DNA of 19,360 nt. Origin: Coleofasciculus sp. B1-GNL1-01. Lineage in GTDB: Bacteria; Cyanobacteriota; Cyanobacteriia; Cyanobacteriales; Coleofasciculaceae. The stretch lies in assembly GCA_040220235.1 (NCBI GenBank), contig JAVJTO010000124.1; one strand, given 5' to 3'. Shown one piece after another: positions 15,528 to 19,360 of the stretch. The notes under the pieces are model-generated. The model had not been told where the DNA came from. It did not search any database and was given only the letters and a program-made list of their open reading frames with translations. The position numbers were made by a program, and so were the translations under genes. Each line of letters begins with the position of its first letter. Positions within the stretch are counted from its first letter, which is position 1.

Positions 15528-17762
15528 TCACTCAACTACCTCAATCATTGCTGAAAATGCCGCTAGCTTCTGGGTATCCACGCCACGAATCCCGCGTGAA
15601 ATTTTAATCCCAGCCCCACGGGAGTGGCGATCCAAATCATTCACAAATGCTTCCATTACTTCCACAGGTTCATCTTCAGCTAACAGTAAGGGTTGACGAG
15701 AATCGGCTTTCACGGTTCGGGCAATTTTTTGCACCCCTTTAAGCGCATCCCGCAACGGTTCTGTACTGGCTAATACTAATAGTTCCACAAAACCAACTCC
15801 GTCTAAAATAAAGTGAAAATCATCTTTCGTGGGTGGGTTACTTTGAGGCGGTACAATTAAATGCTGTCCAGGTGTGACTAATGCTGCATCTTCCGGCGCA
15901 TCCCAATAGGGAAATAACACCACAATATCCCCATTAGAACCGATCGCTAATACCCCTACATAGATGGCTTGACTCTCGTGGTTTTGTACCTCTATCTGAA
16001 TTTCCGTGTTCTGTTTAAAGCTAGTCTTGGCGATGGTTGTGGGAATCACCCCGGCATTTTCCGCCGCCCGACTCCCCGCCCGAATCCCTAATCCGCCGCC
16101 CGCCACAGGCTGAATCGTCATCGCCACATTTAAGTTAGAGGTATCACTGTTGAGAACCAGATGCAAAATCCGCCCCGCCAGTAACGCCTTTAAACGGGGG
16201 CGCAGGCGATTAACGGCTGCTTCTACCGACTCTCCCAACACCCCAAAGGAATCGGGAACCGGAATTAATCCCGCCGTAAATACCCCCAAACTGCCTACGG
16301 GGGGTAAGGGGTTCATTCCTTGGTGTTGCGCCTGGGGAATAGCCTCATTCGTCATCCGCCCGATAATATAATCCACCACAGTCTCTTGATTCATTGGCAC
16401 CACCGTTACCCGACTCACCGACTGTAAGGCGGTGCGGGCGGCTGAAATATCCTCTCCCAGCGAGGGATGAAGTCCCACTCGTAAGCTTAAATCAGCCGGA
16501 ACGCCTCGTACTCGTTCCCGCATTAACATCCCCTCTCCGGGAATCGCCCGCCCTTGCGATCGCATTCTCCCATACCCCACTAAACCAACCCGCGCGGTTT
16601 GTTCCACTTCCCCCTGAACTTGTCCCTGTTGATTAATTAGCGTAAAAATCGCCCCCTCTTGAAATGCATCCAAGCTTTGAGACGAGACTCCCCCCAACCA
16701 AAACTCCACGCGATCGCCCTCTATGTTTCGCACCACGGCTTCGGCGGCTGGCGTTGAGGGTTCTAGCAGGTAAATCGGTTCCTGTTCGCGATCGCTCCCT
16801 GGCTTCACTTCATACACTGGATCTTGGATAATACCCGACGAATTCGCCACATCCTTGGTACTTCGCGCCAAATTCACAAACACTGTACTCAACGGTTCAC
16901 TCATCGGTTGTTGCCAAAGATATCGCGTCAGCAAATAGGTAAACGCCCCCGCATGAAAATCCCCGAATGGTGCATCCGTCGCCAATTGGTTCCGCGCTGC
17001 TGAACCCAGCGCCACCCCCTTAGCAATCCCCTGCTGACGCCGTTGCTGAAATTGGTCTGGGGTTAAATTCAACCGCGATAACCACTGCTGCTGATACTCA
17101 AACTCCTCCTGACTCGCTTGATCCTCCCCACTCCCCTGACGAGATGGAACCGCCCTGACTAAAAAGTTTCCCCGCAATCCTCCCCCAGAATGGCAGCTAT
17201 CCATGACGACGGTAACGTTTTCGGTGTCCAAGGCGGACATCCACAAAAACAGAGTTCTGCCCATAATATCTCGCACCTTCCCCGCCTCTTTCCCGGTTTC
17301 AATCTGACGGTTATTGGGAACCATGGTGCTATTCAAACCATCCGGGTTAATTGGGTTGGAGTCAATCACTCGTGAACCATGTCCAGAGTAGTGAAAAACC
17401 ACCACATCTCCCGGTTTTGCCTGTTGAATTAAATGGGTTTCAACGGCGTCAATAATGCCTTGACGGGTGGGTTTAATCGGGGTTTCATCCGTCACCCTGA
17501 GAATATCGTGGGGATTAAACCCGAAGCGTCGCACCAACAATTCATACTGCAACTCCACATCGGTTAAACATCCCTGTAATGTGGGGATAGGGGCGGGATA
17601 ATTATTCACGCCAACCAATAGCGCCAATTTGCGGGGAGTGCTTTGGGCGAGAACTTGGGCGTAGCGATTTGCTTGGCTAATTAAGTCCAATTGGCTCAAA
17701 CCTACCGTAGCGAGAGTTGATCCGGCTAATTGGAGAAAATGACGGCGCTTGAGTTTCGGCAT
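15528..17762 (-). CDS. Caspase-family (peptidase C14) protein with twin-arginine N-terminus and C-terminal DUF4384-like domain
   Basis: KLALLVGVNNY, LQGCLTDV, catalytic FHYSGHG and MDSCHSGG, GAFTYLL; N-terminal KRRHFLQ; C-terminal IQIEVQN...IYVGVLAIGSNG.IVVLFP...G.VELLVLAS. Confidence 0.9.
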   Translation of the reverse strand: MPKLKRRHFLQLAGSTLATVGLSQLDLISQANRYAQVLAQSTPRKLALLVGVNNYPAPIPTLQGCLTDVELQYELLVRRFGFNPHDILRVTDETPIKPTRQGIIDAVETHLIQQAKPGDVVVFHYSGHGSRVIDSNPINPDGLNSTMVPNNRQIETGKEAGKVRDIMGRTLFLWMSALDTENVTVVMDSCHSGGGLRGNFLVRAVPSRQGSGEDQASQEEFEYQQQWLSRLNLTPDQFQQRRQQGIAKGVALGSAARNQLATDAPFGDFHAGAFTYLLTRYLWQQPMSEPLSTVFVNLARSTKDVANSSGIIQDPVYEVKPGSDREQEPIYLLEPSTPAAEAVVRNIEGDRVEFWLGGVSSQSLDAFQEGAIFTLINQQGQVQGEVEQTARVGLVGYGRMRSQGRAIPGEGMLMRERVRGVPADLSLRVGLHPSLGEDISAARTALQSVSRVTVVPMNQETVVDYIIGRMTNEAIPQAQHQGMNPLPPVGSLGVFTAGLIPVPDSFGVLGESVEAAVNRLRPRLKALLAGRILHLVLNSDTSNLNVAMTIQPVAGGGLGIRAGSRAAENAGVIPTTIAKTSFKQNTEIQIEVQNHESQAIYVGVLAIGSNGDIVVLFPYWDAPEDAALVTPGQHLIVPPQSNPPTKDDFHFILDGVGFVELLVLASTEPLRDALKGVQKIARTVKADSRQPLLLAEDEPVEVMEAFVNDLDRHSRGAGIKISRGIRGVDTQKLAAFSAMIEVVE

Positions 17763-18095
17763 AATGCAATGCTTCCCTTAAATCGGTCTATGATCGAGCA
17801 AGACAGGTATGGGGGGGCTGACGTTTCCCTGCACCGGGAATTCTGACAGACAACTACACAAAGAGCGATCGCGCTCTTAGCAAAAGCTATAATTTTAACC
17901 AATCTGGCAGGGTTTCAGCCATTGCCGTTCTGGGATAGCCAGGGGTTGATGAATTCACCTATCTCTGACTTGTTTTAGGTTATGCACTTATGATTACGTT
18001 CTGTAAATATTTTTCAAACCCTTGCCAACTACAAAAAACGTAGATGTCTGGCTGGGAGATACACAAGTATTACCAATGACAAATAACAAATAACA

Positions 18096-18656
18096 ATGAA
18101 AAAAGTATTTTTTTTACTCGGTGAACTAAATGACGATGACATGAATTGGATGCTCGCTGTGGGACACCGAAAGGAAATTACTCCAGGAACCATCCTAATT
18201 GAGGAAGGTAAACCCATCGATACCCTGCTGATTCTGCTAGAGGGAACGTTATCGGTATCAGTTTCAGCCTTGCAAGGGAAAACAATCGCTCGATTAACCA
18301 GTGGTGCGGTTGTCGGGGAAATGTCTTTCGCGGATACTCGTCCGCCCTCGGCTACGGTTCAAGCTGTGGAACCCTCTCTCGTTTTATCCATTCCGCGTCA
18401 TCATCTCCTGGAGAAACTGCAAAAAGACCAAGGATTTGCCTCACGCTTCTATCGTGCGATCGCGATTTTTCTGTCTACTCGATTACGGGGTACGGTGCGA
18501 TATCTGGGTTATGCCAAAACAGATTGGCTTAAGGACGAGAATGAGACTGAAGAGTTATCCCAAGAAGTCGTTGATAATGTACCCCTTGCCCAAGCCCGAT
18601 TCGATTGGCTACTGAGGCGTTTACGAAATAATGACCATGCGGTGCTTCCAGATTGA
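18096..18656 (+). CDS. Cyclic nucleotide-binding domain protein
   Basis: GTILIEEG, LLILLEGTLSV, GAVVGEMSF..TRPPSATV.A, FASRFYRAIA; no HTH evident. Confidence 0.88.
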   Translation: MKKVFFLLGELNDDDMNWMLAVGHRKEITPGTILIEEGKPIDTLLILLEGTLSVSVSALQGKTIARLTSGAVVGEMSFADTRPPSATVQAVEPSLVLSIPRHHLLEKLQKDQGFASRFYRAIAIFLSTRLRGTVRYLGYAKTDWLKDENETEELSQEVVDNVPLAQARFDWLLRRLRNNDHAVLPD

Positions 18657-18773
18657 TGGGGACTCCAAGTGCGGAGGGGTTCCAGGTGTAGGGGAGCGGG
18701 GGAGAGATTGTCAAACCTATGTATTATCGAATACATCTTTGTGGTAGACCCCTCCCGATTTAAAGTTTAGCCT

Positions 18774-18989
18774 TTATTTCTGTTGGCTGGAATTCTCTGG
18801 CGTATCAACCTTGGGTACAATGTCAGGACGCTCTTTATTTTCCCAACCGGCTGGGCGCTTGGAGTTATACCAGGCGATAGAGCCAAGAACAACAGCGGCG
18901 ATAAAGCCGATCACATAGACCAATGTAAACGAGAATGGAAATTCAGATGCTTGAGCTGCTCCTGCTTCCATCAATAAATTCAAATACAT
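18774..18989 (-). CDS. psb35: Photosystem II assembly protein Psb35
   Basis: Single TM helix with GFIAAV.LGSIAWYNSKRP.GWE...RP..VP signature; AAGGAG RBS upstream of the ATG on the minus strand. Confidence 0.82.
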   Translation of the reverse strand: MYLNLLMEAGAAQASEFPFSFTLVYVIGFIAAVVLGSIAWYNSKRPAGWENKERPDIVPKVDTPENSSQQK

Positions 18990-19080
18990 AGATTCACTCC
19001 TTATCCTATTTTGGCTATCCTATCAAAACTTTCAGGAGAATCTATCACCCCTGAGACCGAATTGCCCTGACAAAGATGTT

Positions 19081-19360
19081 GGGGAAGATGTGGGAGATGA
19101 GGGAGATGAGGGAGATGAGGGCGGGTTTTGAACCAACGTTATCGTCAATAGTGAAACGAAGGTCCCTAAACCCGCCCCTACCTAGGGCTTACTGCACAAC
19201 CCGGAAACCCTGATCCATCAATACTTTGAGGCGTATGGACAGTGGATAAAGTGCCAGGAAATGGGGTAGCATCCTTCCTAAGTATGGCATCACCTTGTTC
19301 AGGGAAAATGTACCCTTGCTCCCCCAGCTCCCTCAGCTTCCCCTGCTTCCCCTGCTCCCC
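19081..19360. repeat. Inverted 9-mer tandem arrays flanking the REP
   Basis: (GGGAGATGA)n at ~19081-19121; CCCC(T/A)GCT(T/C)-type 9-mers at ~19312-19360, which run off the window edge. Confidence 0.65.
19119..19181 (-). repeat. GTAG-type REP-like element
   Basis: GGGCGGGTTT (19119-19128) ... AAACCCGCCC (19168-19177) + CTAC. Confidence 0.85.

Larger units (their letters stand above)
311..18463. repeat. HIP1 octamer GCGATCGC, at least 15 dispersed copies
   Basis: Starts at 311, 1174, 1853, 5200, 6018, 6694, 8970, 12478, 13130, 13167, 16556, 16710, 16788, 17865, 18456 (counted by eye). Confidence 0.9.

Noticed and set aside
1070..18977. Remaining short ORFs antisense or out of frame within long genes (e.g. 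8426..8695, 11453..11761, 18301..18615, 18783..18977)
   Set aside because: Shadow ORFs of well-supported genes with no independent motifs.

Overview
Chromosomal window from a filamentous (Oscillatoriales-like) cyanobacterium. This is supported by at least 15 HIP1 (GCGATCGC) sites counted by eye, STRR heptamer arrays, psb35 and a GgtB/AglE-type solute-binding protein. About 14 genes are present: a small hypothetical, a SagB/ThcOx-type double nitroreductase, a pentapeptide-repeat protein, an orphan BanI/HgiCI-like C5 DNA methyltransferase, an NTF2/SnoaL protein, a TrkA/RCK K+ channel, a sugar ABC binding lipoprotein, an AT-rich small membrane protein, a membrane-anchored TPR protein, uvrC, a secreted TIMP-like + PrcB_C fusion, a YdjM-like membrane hydrolase, a Tat-signal caspase (C14)-DUF4384 protein, a cNMP-binding protein and psb35. 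No CRISPR, rRNA, tRNA or transposase was seen. The intergenic DNA holds many small mobile-looking repeats. Best leads: (1) a GTAG-type REP hairpin translated in frame inside UvrC; (2) four interleaved 28-bp sites with conserved arms and a variable core at 599-812; (3) a TAAGTAGG-ended element that supplies or abuts stop codons and brackets the K+ channel/solute-binding pair; (4) a candidate extracytoplasmic protease-control locus (TIMP-PrcB fusion, Tat caspase, protease-less TPR). Family assignments come from motif recognition and recall; no searches were run.
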